DNA of 20,005 nucleotides from Thermoanaerobaculia bacterium (GTDB lineage Bacteria; Acidobacteriota; Thermoanaerobaculia; Multivoradales; UBA5704): NCBI GenBank assembly GCA_044226625.1, contig JBGAGQ010000088.1, positions 1 to 20,005 of the forward strand, read 5' to 3'. Shown piece by piece: positions 1 to 7,316 of this stretch (position 1 is its first letter; each line of letters starts with the position of its first letter). The notes under the pieces were generated by a model. It saw only the letters and a program-made list of their open reading frames with translations, ran no database searches and was not told where the DNA came from. The position numbers and the translations under genes were made by a program.

Positions 1-194
1 CTGATGCAGAGCGTCTCCGAGACGATGCACCAGGGCGGGCAGGTGTCGCACGACTGGCAGGAATTCCAGCAGGTCTCCCAGTCGGTACACCGGTCGCACG
101 TGTCCAGCGAATAGGCGCCCCGGGCGGCGCGGAGGCCGGTGGCCTCCAGGCGGGCGAGGGTCTCCTTGGCGAGGGTGAGCTTCTTCTTTTTCAT
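1..194 (-). CDS. Putative RiPP precursor peptide (LxLxKx5L leader, Cys/Ser/Thr/Trp-rich core); 3' end runs off the window
   Basis: Hand translation from ATG at 194: MKKKKLTLAKETLARLEATGLRAARGAYSLDTCDRCTDWETCWNSCQSCDTCPPWCIVSETLCI..., 64 full codons with no stop in the window. Strong RBS GGAGAGGAG 8 nt upstream and GC-rich third codon positions. The leader matches LxLxKx5L and ends in a double-glycine-like GA. Not in the supplied ORF track. Confidence 0.88.
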   Translation of the reverse strand, partial: MKKKKLTLAKETLARLEATGLRAARGAYSLDTCDRCTDWETCWNSCQSCDTCPPWCIVSETLCI

Positions 195-202
195 CGGCGA
201 CG

Positions 203-211
203 CTCCTCTCC
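203..211 (-). promoter_or_regulatory. Shine-Dalgarno site of the precursor peptide gene
   Basis: Plus-strand ctcctctcc reads GGAGAGGAG on the minus strand, 8 nt before the ATG at 194. Confidence 0.8.
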
Positions 212-403
212 GTGGGATGGGATGGGTCCTTCCAAGAAGGGTGCTTCCCGGAAGAACGAGCGGGCCGGCGGCGAGGGGAGTGAGGGAGGCGCCGCCTTGA
301 GCCAGCGTAGCTTTCCACCAGCCGAGGGTCAGGCTTTCAATTGGCCGGCGTGCAGACCTTCATTTGGCAGCGTACCGAGCCTTCGGGAACGGCTGAACCG
401 CTC

Positions 404-2965
404 TCAACCTCTTGAAAACGCCGGCCCTGACGCACGGAAAGGTGCGACGAAGCGCTCTAGGAGGTCCGCCCGTTCGGCGAGGAGCCGAAGGGCTTGGGCG
501 TGCGGCGCGGCGCGGGCGACGGCGATTCGAGCGCGTTCGAGGCGTGCTCGCAACGCCTCTTTTGGAAGTCGCGGGTGGGGGAGGTGGCAGGGCACCCCCT
601 GGCCCAGGAGGATGGCGTCGATCCCCTCCGGGCCCCAGAGCGGATCGGGGTAATCGAAGCCGTCGCGGATCGGCGGATCGTAAGAAAGCGGGCCGCGCTG
701 GCGGAACGCTTCGAGCAGGTCGGCGCGGTGGGAGACGTCGACCTCCGCCCGGGCCGCGCGCCAGAAGGGGGCGTCGAGGCGGCGGTTGAAGCGGTAGTGG
801 ATCGCGAGGAACCAGGCGAGATAGTCCCACCAGGCGCCGACCTTTCGGTCGTAGAGAGGCGCGAGGCTCCGGTCGCCGTGGCGGAGTGGAAACACTTGGC
901 AGAGTAGCCCGATCTGGCGGATTAGCAGGTGGAGCGCGGTCGATTCGAGCGGCTCGACGAAGCCGTAGGCATTCCCCAGCGCCATCGTGTTGCCGCGCCA
1001 GAAATGTTCGTGCCGCCCGGTGCGGAAACGCACCTCGCGCGCGGCTCCCATGCCGGGGTTCGCGCGGCGCATCTCGGCCTCGGCCTCCTCGAAGCTCTGG
1101 AACGCCGAGGCGAAGACGTAGCCGCGATGGTCGGCCTCGCCCTGCGGCGTGCTCCAACACCAGCCGGCGGACATCGTCTCCGCCGTCGTGTACGGTCGGA
1201 TGTGGCCGCCGTGGGGCACCGGGGCGACGACCGCGCGATCGGTCCAGAGGCTCCGGTCGAAGCTCACCCAAGGCGAGCCGAGCGCCCGTTCGATCAACAG
1301 CGAGCGAAAGCCCGTCGCGTCGACGTAGAGATCGAAGCCGAACCGCCGACCGTCGAGGGCGACCAGCGCCTCCACTTCGCGGCCACCCGAGCCGTCGTCT
1401 CGCGTTTCGACCTCTTCGAGTGTCGCCTCGATCCGCTCGATCCCGGCCTCCGCCGCGCGTCGCGCGAGATAGGCGACGAAGCGCTCGTTGTCCAGGTGAT
1501 AGGCGACCGCCGTGCCGAGCCGCGCGGCCCAGGAGTCCTCGCCGTTCGGATCAGGACCCAGACGGTAGAGACCCACCGCGTCGGCGGCCATCAGCAGCGA
1601 GGGGAGAGAGCAGCTCTTGAGGCTGGAAGTTCCTGCGTCGGATTCGCTTCCCGCGGCGCCATAGACCGCGGGCTCCAGGAGATGAAGCGGGCCGAACGGA
1701 TAGTGGAAATCGCCGACCTCCGGCTCGCCCCAAAGGAAGCGGATGCCGAGCTTGAGCGTCGGCCGGACCTCGGCGAACAGTTGGTGCACGTCGAGCCCGA
1801 GGTCGGCGTGGAGGAACTGCGGCATGAGAGGCGTGGTCGCCTCGCCGACGCCGATGACGGGGTGGTTCGGCGATTCGATCAGGGTTACGCGCAGGTCCGG
1901 CACCTTCCGCCGCAGCGCGAGCGCGGTGAGGTATCCCGCCGTGCCGCCCCCGACAATTCCGACCGAACGGACCAGGTCCCCGCGTTCGATCGAAGAGATC
2001 GCGGCGCGGGGTAGGGATTCTTCGCGCTCGACGATCGAGAGCAGAGCCGGGGAGGTGAGATCGGTCTCCGGGGGAGCGGTGATTTGTGAGCAGAGGGGGC
2101 ACTCGGGGTCCCGTGCGAGCGGGATACGGCGAGCTTCGCCCGAAGAGAAGGATTCGGTCGGAAGCAGGAGAAAAGCATCGACGAGAGTGGGCTCTCCGCC
2201 ATGAGGCCCGAGGATTCGGAGCGTCTCGGCGATGACCGCCCGCTCCGCCCAAGCGCGCGCGGTGGGATCGACCGTATGGACCTCGAAGTTCGAGATGGCC
2301 GAAAGCCTCGCCGAGGGATCGAGACCGAGGAACCGCGTTGCCGCGAGTTGGGCGCAGGTGATGCACGGACTGAGGCCGGGGATCACCGTCGGGCCGACGC
2401 GAAGCCCATCCGGGTCGGCGGTGATGAAGAAGGCCGGGAGGTTGAGGCTCAGACAGGCGGATTGATCGGCGAAAAGATCGCGGTACGAGACCCCCTCGGC
2501 GGCACAGACGACGAGCGACGCGGTTTGGAGGAAGGCGTCGGAAGGATCGAGCCGGTCGAGACGCCGGATCGGTGTGGGGGGAGCAGCCCGCCGAAGCGAC
2601 TCCTCCAGTGCGCGTGCGAACGTGGAACTTCCCAGCACCAGGACCGACCGGTGCTCGGAATTGGGTGTTGGGTTCGCTGGCAGCTCGGCTCGGCGGACCA
2701 TTTCGCCGAAAAGCGCCCGGAGCAAGCCCCGAGCCTCCCGCTCGTCGAACGGAGGATCGAGCGCAGCGGCTGCGGCGACGACCTCCGCAGCCGTTCGGAC
2801 ACCGTCGACCAGGCCGAGTAGGCGATCGAGGTTGTGAAGCTCGACTCCGGCGAGGAGGCTAGCCCCGCGGCGGTGGCGGACCAGGAGCCGGCCGTCGGGA
2901 AGGGCTACCGCTTGAGCCCGCGGGTCTCTTTCGAGGACGTCGCCTGGCTGTAGGGGTCGAGTCAT
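404..2965 (-). CDS. Fusion protein: RRE-like domain + E1/ThiF-like TOMM leader-binding domain + flavin-dependent tryptophan halogenase (853 aa)
   Basis: The C-terminal ~520 aa carry halogenase motifs: GIVGGGTAG (FAD binding), GVGEAT, TLKLGIRF (catalytic Lys position), DATGFRSLL, GWCWSTP (WxWxIP variant) and GFVEPLEST. Residues ~105-295 contain RVGPTVIPGLSPCITC and RDPECPLC, typical of E1-like TOMM proteins. Residues ~1-95 have a strand-strand-strand/helix pattern with LLGLVDGVRTAAEV, typical of RRE domains. Confidence 0.9.
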   Translation of the reverse strand: MTRPLQPGDVLERDPRAQAVALPDGRLLVRHRRGASLLAGVELHNLDRLLGLVDGVRTAAEVVAAAAALDPPFDEREARGLLRALFGEMVRRAELPANPTPNSEHRSVLVLGSSTFARALEESLRRAAPPTPIRRLDRLDPSDAFLQTASLVVCAAEGVSYRDLFADQSACLSLNLPAFFITADPDGLRVGPTVIPGLSPCITCAQLAATRFLGLDPSARLSAISNFEVHTVDPTARAWAERAVIAETLRILGPHGGEPTLVDAFLLLPTESFSSGEARRIPLARDPECPLCSQITAPPETDLTSPALLSIVEREESLPRAAISSIERGDLVRSVGIVGGGTAGYLTALALRRKVPDLRVTLIESPNHPVIGVGEATTPLMPQFLHADLGLDVHQLFAEVRPTLKLGIRFLWGEPEVGDFHYPFGPLHLLEPAVYGAAGSESDAGTSSLKSCSLPSLLMAADAVGLYRLGPDPNGEDSWAARLGTAVAYHLDNERFVAYLARRAAEAGIERIEATLEEVETRDDGSGGREVEALVALDGRRFGFDLYVDATGFRSLLIERALGSPWVSFDRSLWTDRAVVAPVPHGGHIRPYTTAETMSAGWCWSTPQGEADHRGYVFASAFQSFEEAEAEMRRANPGMGAAREVRFRTGRHEHFWRGNTMALGNAYGFVEPLESTALHLLIRQIGLLCQVFPLRHGDRSLAPLYDRKVGAWWDYLAWFLAIHYRFNRRLDAPFWRAARAEVDVSHRADLLEAFRQRGPLSYDPPIRDGFDYPDPLWGPEGIDAILLGQGVPCHLPHPRLPKEALRARLERARIAVARAAPHAQALRLLAERADLLERFVAPFRASGPAFSRG

Positions 2966-3151
2966 GGCGGAAGCTGGTGTAGCGCAGAGGGCGCGCCGAG
3001 CGCAAGATCTTGGGGCGTTTCCCTCGGTTTCATTCGAGATATCGTTTCCTCGGAATGCGAAACGTCTATTTCGACCTGAGGCACACGAGCGGATCTGTCA
3101 GATTGCCGAGCGGGTACTTCCTCAGGATCCCTTGAGGGAATGGGGTTGCAC

Positions 3152-3349
3152 ATGGAACTGCTGAGTGAGGACAACTTAGACCTCAAGGACATGACGGACG
3201 AGGAGCTCGGCCGCGCTTGGGATCTATGGTTCGATCTCGCGCAGACGACGAACGAAACCGATCCTCCTTGGACCCATGGGGTCTTCCTCCTCTGCGATCT
3301 CGATTCCAAGACGCCGCACGACGGACCTGGCTCCAAGGCCAGTCGCTAG
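3152..3349 (+). CDS. Small acidic Trp-containing hypothetical protein (65 aa; alternative start 3140)
   Basis: MELLSEDNLDLKDMTDEELGRAWDLWFDLAQTTNETDPPWTHGVF... has protein-like composition and GC-rich third positions, unlike the Arg/Pro-rich shadow frames. A purine-rich stretch lies upstream. Divergent from the halogenase fusion. Confidence 0.65.
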   Translation: MELLSEDNLDLKDMTDEELGRAWDLWFDLAQTTNETDPPWTHGVFLLCDLDSKTPHDGPGSKASR

Positions 3350-3552
3350 GAGGCAGCGGGACCGTCGGAAGGCGGGAATCCTCCCTGACCATCAACTTCC
3401 TCTCCGAGGTGTTCGAGAGCCGCACCTGTGCTTCCGGGACCTCGTGGCGAGACGTTACGATGTGTTGCTTTGCGACCCGGCCGCGGGTCTTCGCCGGCCG
3501 GGAGCAGTGCTGGCTGCGGGGGAACAACTCTCGGTAGGACAAGGAGTTCTTC

Positions 3553-3741
3553 GGCATCGCGCGGAATCTCAGACGCAGCACCCGGCAAGGTTGCCGCATC
3601 TTTCCGGTCGCGGTCCGCAACGCCCGGACGTTGGTCCGCATCACACAGGCCCAGATACGCATCACACAGGCCCAGATCCGCATCACACGGACCTTGGTCC
3701 GCAACACAGGGCACCGCGGATGCAACGCAAGGGGAAGCTTC
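3553..3741. repeat. Degenerate 21-bp tandem repeat, about 9 units
   Basis: Units start at 3553, 3574, 3595, 3616, 3637, 3658, 3679, 3700 and 3721, each beginning nGCAnC. The central units are near-identical: cgcatcacacaggcccagata, cgcatcacacaggcccagatc, cgcatcacacggaccttggtc. Confidence 0.85.
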
Positions 3742-4023
3742 CGGTCAGCCGGGAACCAGGTCTAGCCAGTTCGGACCGGGTTCCGAGCCGTGTGGAGATC
3801 GTCCCCGCCGTTGCGGGAGCGCGTCTCGCCGGTCGGGAATCCGATCCTTGTGATGCGGCGAGAGATTTATGCAGCCTTGTTGCGAGTTTGTGATGCTTGA
3901 AGGGGATTCCTCGCGTTGCACCAGAGGTGCCGAGCGTTGCGGAACGAGGTGCGAGTGTTGCGTCGCCGAGTCGCCGTGGGGCGTCGCGTCGCGTTCCGGT
4001 CGACGCCCGCTCGGCAGCGTGCG

Positions 4024-4311
4024 TCAGAGGCGAGCGTCCAGGCTCAGTAGCCGCCGGGCGATGTCACGGAGCTCTTCCCGCTCGTGGCTCGCGACCTCCA
4101 TCGTCTCCCGTTCGGTGCGGTGAAGGAATTCGACCAACTCCTTCTCCGAGCGCGAGCTCGCGAGAATTCGGTAGACCGATCCGATGTAGCTGTCGTATTC
4201 GTCGGCCGCTTCGGGAACGTCTGAGACGCCGATCGGGTCCCAGTGCTGCATCAGCGCGTCGCGAATCGCTTGCATCACGGCACGGCCGCGTTCTGATCGG
4301 GTGTCGTTCAT
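4024..4311 (-). CDS. Small conserved hypothetical protein with WDPIG...DEYD motif (DUF1871/YugE-like)
   Basis: 95 aa, helical, containing HWDPIGVSDVPEAADEYDSYI, a motif I recognise from a widespread small-protein family. Confidence 0.75.
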   Translation of the reverse strand: MNDTRSERGRAVMQAIRDALMQHWDPIGVSDVPEAADEYDSYIGSVYRILASSRSEKELVEFLHRTERETMEVASHEREELRDIARRLLSLDARL

Positions 4312-4341
4312 GACGTGGTCATGCTCGATGGCATTCCGATC

Positions 4342-4434
4342 GATGGGTCGGGCTTTCAGCCCTCGGGATTGGCCGGCTGGCGGAATCCTGGGGCTGCGCC
4401 CCAGGCTATTATTAAACGCGCCTTTGGCGCTGGC
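4342..4434. repeat. REP-like palindromic element, copy 1
   Basis: Three short hairpins: gggc-tttca-gccc, cctggggc-tgc-gccccagg and gcgcc-ttt-ggcgc. It is an inverted copy of 4587-4680. Confidence 0.8.
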
Positions 4435-4586
4435 GTTGACGATTCTCGTAGCGGCTCGCGTGAAGGCCCGGCGCGGTGTTTGAAAAGCTCGCTCAAAACG
4501 GAGCCGGACTCCTCGGAATCGCGATCCAGCTTTGCTTCAGCTCTTCTTTCGATTGGCCGGAGAGAAACGGGTAGGGTCACCCAGCA

Positions 4587-4680
4587 GCCAGCGCCAAAGG
4601 CGCGAACCCAAAATAGCCTGGGGCAACGCCCCAGGTTCCAGGCGCCCAAAACCCCGCGAGGGCTGAAGGCCCGACCCATC
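4587..4680. repeat. REP-like palindromic element, copy 2 (inverted relative to copy 1)
   Basis: The reverse complement reads gatgggtcgggccttcagccctcg...cctggggcgttgccccaggctatt...cgcgcctttggcgctggc, matching copy 1 in three blocks with variable linkers. Confidence 0.8.
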
Positions 4681-4699
4681 TCGCAGGTTCCTCCCTTCC

Positions 4700-4945
4700 C
4701 TACCGTGGCACCGAGTTCGGACCGCGCTCGCCGAACTTCTTTCGAACTCTCTCGATGTCCTCCGGTGTCTCGATCCACTCCTCGGAAAACCCGCAACTTC
4801 CACAGAGGAAGCGGGTGACCTTGACGGCGGAGAAGATCGTCCAGCCGACCTGGATGTTGTTGCCCGAGCCTCCGTGGCCGATGTGGCCGGGGATCCGGAG
4901 CAGGTCGTGAGAACCGCACTTCGTGCAGGCGCCCGTGTTTTTCAT
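4700..4945 (-). CDS. Small zinc-ribbon hypothetical protein (81 aa)
   Basis: Paired CTKC and CGSC motifs followed by GFSEEW. AAGGA lies upstream, and the gene sits directly after the ABC exporter on the same strand. Confidence 0.8.
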   Translation of the reverse strand: MKNTGACTKCGSHDLLRIPGHIGHGGSGNNIQVGWTIFSAVKVTRFLCGSCGFSEEWIETPEDIERVRKKFGERGPNSVPR

Positions 4946-4969
4946 CGGTGGATTCCTTGGGACTCGTCC

Positions 4970-6814
4970 TTACCCCACCTCGACCAGCTCGCCGGATTGG
5001 ACATGCCAGAGGTCGGCGTAGGTGCCGCCTTTGGCGATCAGCTGATCGTGGGTTCCCTCTTCGGCGAGCTTGCCGTCGCGGAGGACGAGGATGCGGTCGG
5101 CGTGGCGGATGGTCGAAAGCCGATGGGCGATGATCAGGGCGGTTCGCCCTGCGGTCCAGCGGCGTAAGTTCTCCTGGATCGCGCGCTCGGTCTCTGTGTC
5201 GACGGAGCTGGTCGCCTCGTCGAGGATCAGGATCGGCGCGTCTTTGAGGATCGCTCGGGCGATCGAGAGGCGTTGGCGCTGTCCGCCCGAGAGCTTGATG
5301 CCGCGCTCCCCGACGAGGGTGTCGTAACCGTCGGGAAGTCCCGCGATGAAATCGTGCAGCTCGGCGTATTTCGCGGCTTCGACGATCTTTTCGAACGGCA
5401 CGCCCACGGCGCGATAGGCAATGTTTTCGCGCAGGGTGCCATGGAAAAGGTAGACGTCTTGCGAGACGAGCGCGATCGCGCGGCGTAGGTCTTCGAGAGT
5501 GAGCTTCCGCAGGTCGTGGCCGTCGAGCTTGACCGCGCCGGAGGTCGGGTCGTAAAGGCGAAGCAGCAGCTTGATCAGCGTCGATTTACCCGCTCCCGTC
5601 GGACCCGCGATGCCGATCGTTTCGCCGGGCGCGATGCGGAAGGAAAGGTGATCGAGGATGCGATCACCGCGCTGGTATTTGAACCCGACGTCGGCGAGCT
5701 CCAGCTCGCCGCAGGCGCGGTCGAGCGGCACCGGATTCGCCGGCTCGACGATGCGCGACGGGGTGTCGAGCAGGCCGAAGGTGCGGCGTGCCGAGGCACG
5801 CGCGCGCTCGAACTCGTCGAGAACCTGGCCGAGGCGGACGAGCGGCCAGAGCAGACGCTCGGTCATCATCGCGAAGAGAACGAGCTGGCCCACGGTGATC
5901 CAGGGCTTCCGCTCGAGAATCCAATGGCTGCCGATCAGCAGGACGCCCGCGAAGCCGAGGACGATCGCCATGCGGATCACCGGCACGAAGATCGCTGAAA
6001 GCCGGATCGCGCGGAAGTTCGCTTCGCGGTACTCGGCGGAGGCCTGGCGCACCCGGTCGAGCTCGAACGCCTCGGCGCCGAAGCTTTGGATCACGAGAAC
6101 GCCGCCGATGTTGTTTTCCAGCCGGCTCGAAAGGCTTCCGACCGCCTCGCGCACGCGTTTATAGCGGGGCGCGATGCGGTGCTGGTAGGCGAGGCTTCCC
6201 CAGACGATCAGCGGGATCGGCGCGACGGCGATCACCGCGAGGTGCCATGACGTGTTGAACAGCACGAACCCGGCGAACGCGAACAGGACGACGGTTTGGA
6301 TCAGCTCGTTGAACCCGTTGTTCAGAAAGCGTTCGAGCTGATTCACGTCGTCGTTCAACATGGCGAGCGTCTCGCCGAGGCGGTGCTCTTCGAAGAAGGC
6401 GATCTCCCGGCGCTGGATCCGCTCGTAGGCATCGAGCCGCAGGTCGTGCTGGACCTCTTGGGCGAGCGTCATGAAGTAGTGCTGGTAGCCCCACTGGAAA
6501 AAGCTTTCGAAGAAGAAGATCCCGACCGATAGGGCGGCGAGCACCACCGCGAGGCTCCAGGCGTCCGAGGTGCCGGCGAGGCGGGCGATCCAGGCGGGAG
6601 GTGTGCCGCGGAGCGAGTCGATCACCCAGCCGACCAGAAGCGGCGGCATGAGGTCGAGAATCTTGTTGAGCACCGAGGACGAGATGCCCAGAGTAAGGCG
6701 TGTGCGGTACGGGGCGAGGTAAGCGAAGAGCCGCGCCATCGGGCGCTCGGCTTCTCGGAGCAGGGGTGGCGGAGAGGACGGATCGAGGGGAGAGGACGGA
6801 TCGGAGTCAGGCAC
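4970..6814 (-). CDS. ABC exporter, fused permease + ATP-binding protein (MsbA/MdlB-like, 614 aa)
   Basis: N-terminal multi-TM domain, Walker A GPTGAGKST, Q-loop VSQD, signature LSGGQRQR, Walker B ILILDEATS and H-loop IAHRLST. GTG start with GAGGAG RBS. Confidence 0.95.
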   Translation of the reverse strand: MPDSDPSSPLDPSSPPPLLREAERPMARLFAYLAPYRTRLTLGISSSVLNKILDLMPPLLVGWVIDSLRGTPPAWIARLAGTSDAWSLAVVLAALSVGIFFFESFFQWGYQHYFMTLAQEVQHDLRLDAYERIQRREIAFFEEHRLGETLAMLNDDVNQLERFLNNGFNELIQTVVLFAFAGFVLFNTSWHLAVIAVAPIPLIVWGSLAYQHRIAPRYKRVREAVGSLSSRLENNIGGVLVIQSFGAEAFELDRVRQASAEYREANFRAIRLSAIFVPVIRMAIVLGFAGVLLIGSHWILERKPWITVGQLVLFAMMTERLLWPLVRLGQVLDEFERARASARRTFGLLDTPSRIVEPANPVPLDRACGELELADVGFKYQRGDRILDHLSFRIAPGETIGIAGPTGAGKSTLIKLLLRLYDPTSGAVKLDGHDLRKLTLEDLRRAIALVSQDVYLFHGTLRENIAYRAVGVPFEKIVEAAKYAELHDFIAGLPDGYDTLVGERGIKLSGGQRQRLSIARAILKDAPILILDEATSSVDTETERAIQENLRRWTAGRTALIIAHRLSTIRHADRILVLRDGKLAEEGTHDQLIAKGGTYADLWHVQSGELVEVG

Positions 6815-6901
6815 CGGGGCTCCTCGTCAAAGATCGGGATCGTAGCACCGGGGGTGTGAGCCGGCCGGTAGGGGCTCTCATCGGGTCCTCATCGGACTCG
6901 G

Positions 6902-6910
6902 TGCTATCAT
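6902..6910 (+). promoter_or_regulatory. Extended -10 promoter element (TGcTATCAT), probably giving a leaderless transcript
   Basis: TGnTAnnnT match 7 nt before the ATG at 6918, with no SD sequence in between. Confidence 0.55.
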
Positions 6911-6917
6911 CGTTTCG

Positions 6918-7316
6918 ATGCGTGGATCTGCCCGGAAGAACGGGCTTCCCTTGTCGATCGCGCGACCGGCCGCCGGTCTCGTCGCCTTGCTCGCGTCGCT
7001 GCTGTTGCTCGTCGCGCCGCATTTCGACGTGCACCGAGCGCAGCAGGCCGAGGTTCGGTTCGGCGGCGATCGGCCGCTGATCGCCGAAGCCGCGAGCCAT
7101 CCGGACGCGCCGCTCCACGTCGAAAGCTCGCCGCAGAGGGAAGAAGAGCCCTGCGCCTTCTGCCTCTTCAGCGGCCAGATCGGCAGCGGCCTGCTCGGCG
7201 CGCCGGCTCCGCAGCCTCACCTCGAAGCCCAAGATGCGGAGCGCCTCGCCGTTGCGCCGCCTTCCGCCGCCTCCCCTCGTTCCGGTCTCTCCTCTCGCGC
7301 GCCTCCCGCGGCCTGA
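6918..7316 (+). CDS. DUF2946/CruR-like upstream ORF (hydrophobic N-terminal segment, CxxC, C-terminal RAPP motif; 132 aa)
   Basis: Signal-like segment LVALLASLLLLVAPH, several His residues, EPCAFCLF, an Ala/Pro-rich linker and C-terminal SSRAPPAA*. It lies immediately upstream of a metal-uptake outer-membrane protein. Confidence 0.8.
   Translation: MRGSARKNGLPLSIARPAAGLVALLASLLLLVAPHFDVHRAQQAEVRFGGDRPLIAEAASHPDAPLHVESSPQREEEPCAFCLFSGQIGSGLLGAPAPQPHLEAQDAERLAVAPPSAASPRSGLSSRAPPAA

Noticed and set aside
304-340. Sigma70 promoter for the precursor gene (TTGAAA ... TACGCT on the minus strand)
   Set aside because: The TTGAAA-to-TACGCT spacing is 25 nt, which is too long, and the 17-nt alternative (CTGACC) is a weak -35. 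Not supportable from sequence alone.
222-2366. ORFs overlapping the halogenase (222..653, 360..1271, 929..2014, 1551..2366 and others)
   Set aside because: Either Arg/Pro/Gly-rich alternative frames or codon-mirroring antisense frames, all explained by the GC bias of the real gene.
3553-3741. Possible CRISPR array
   Set aside because: The units are contiguous 21-mers with no unique spacers, and there are no cas genes in the window.
4315-4919. ORFs spanning the REP-like doublet (4315..4818, 4356..4919, 4301..4483) as a transposase
   Set aside because: No HUH/Y1 or DDE motifs; the translations simply read through the palindromic repeats.
4970-6814. Peptidase-containing ABC transporter (LanT/PCAT) for the GA-type leader
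   Set aside because: There is no N-terminal C39 peptidase domain; the TM region begins within about 40 residues of the start.
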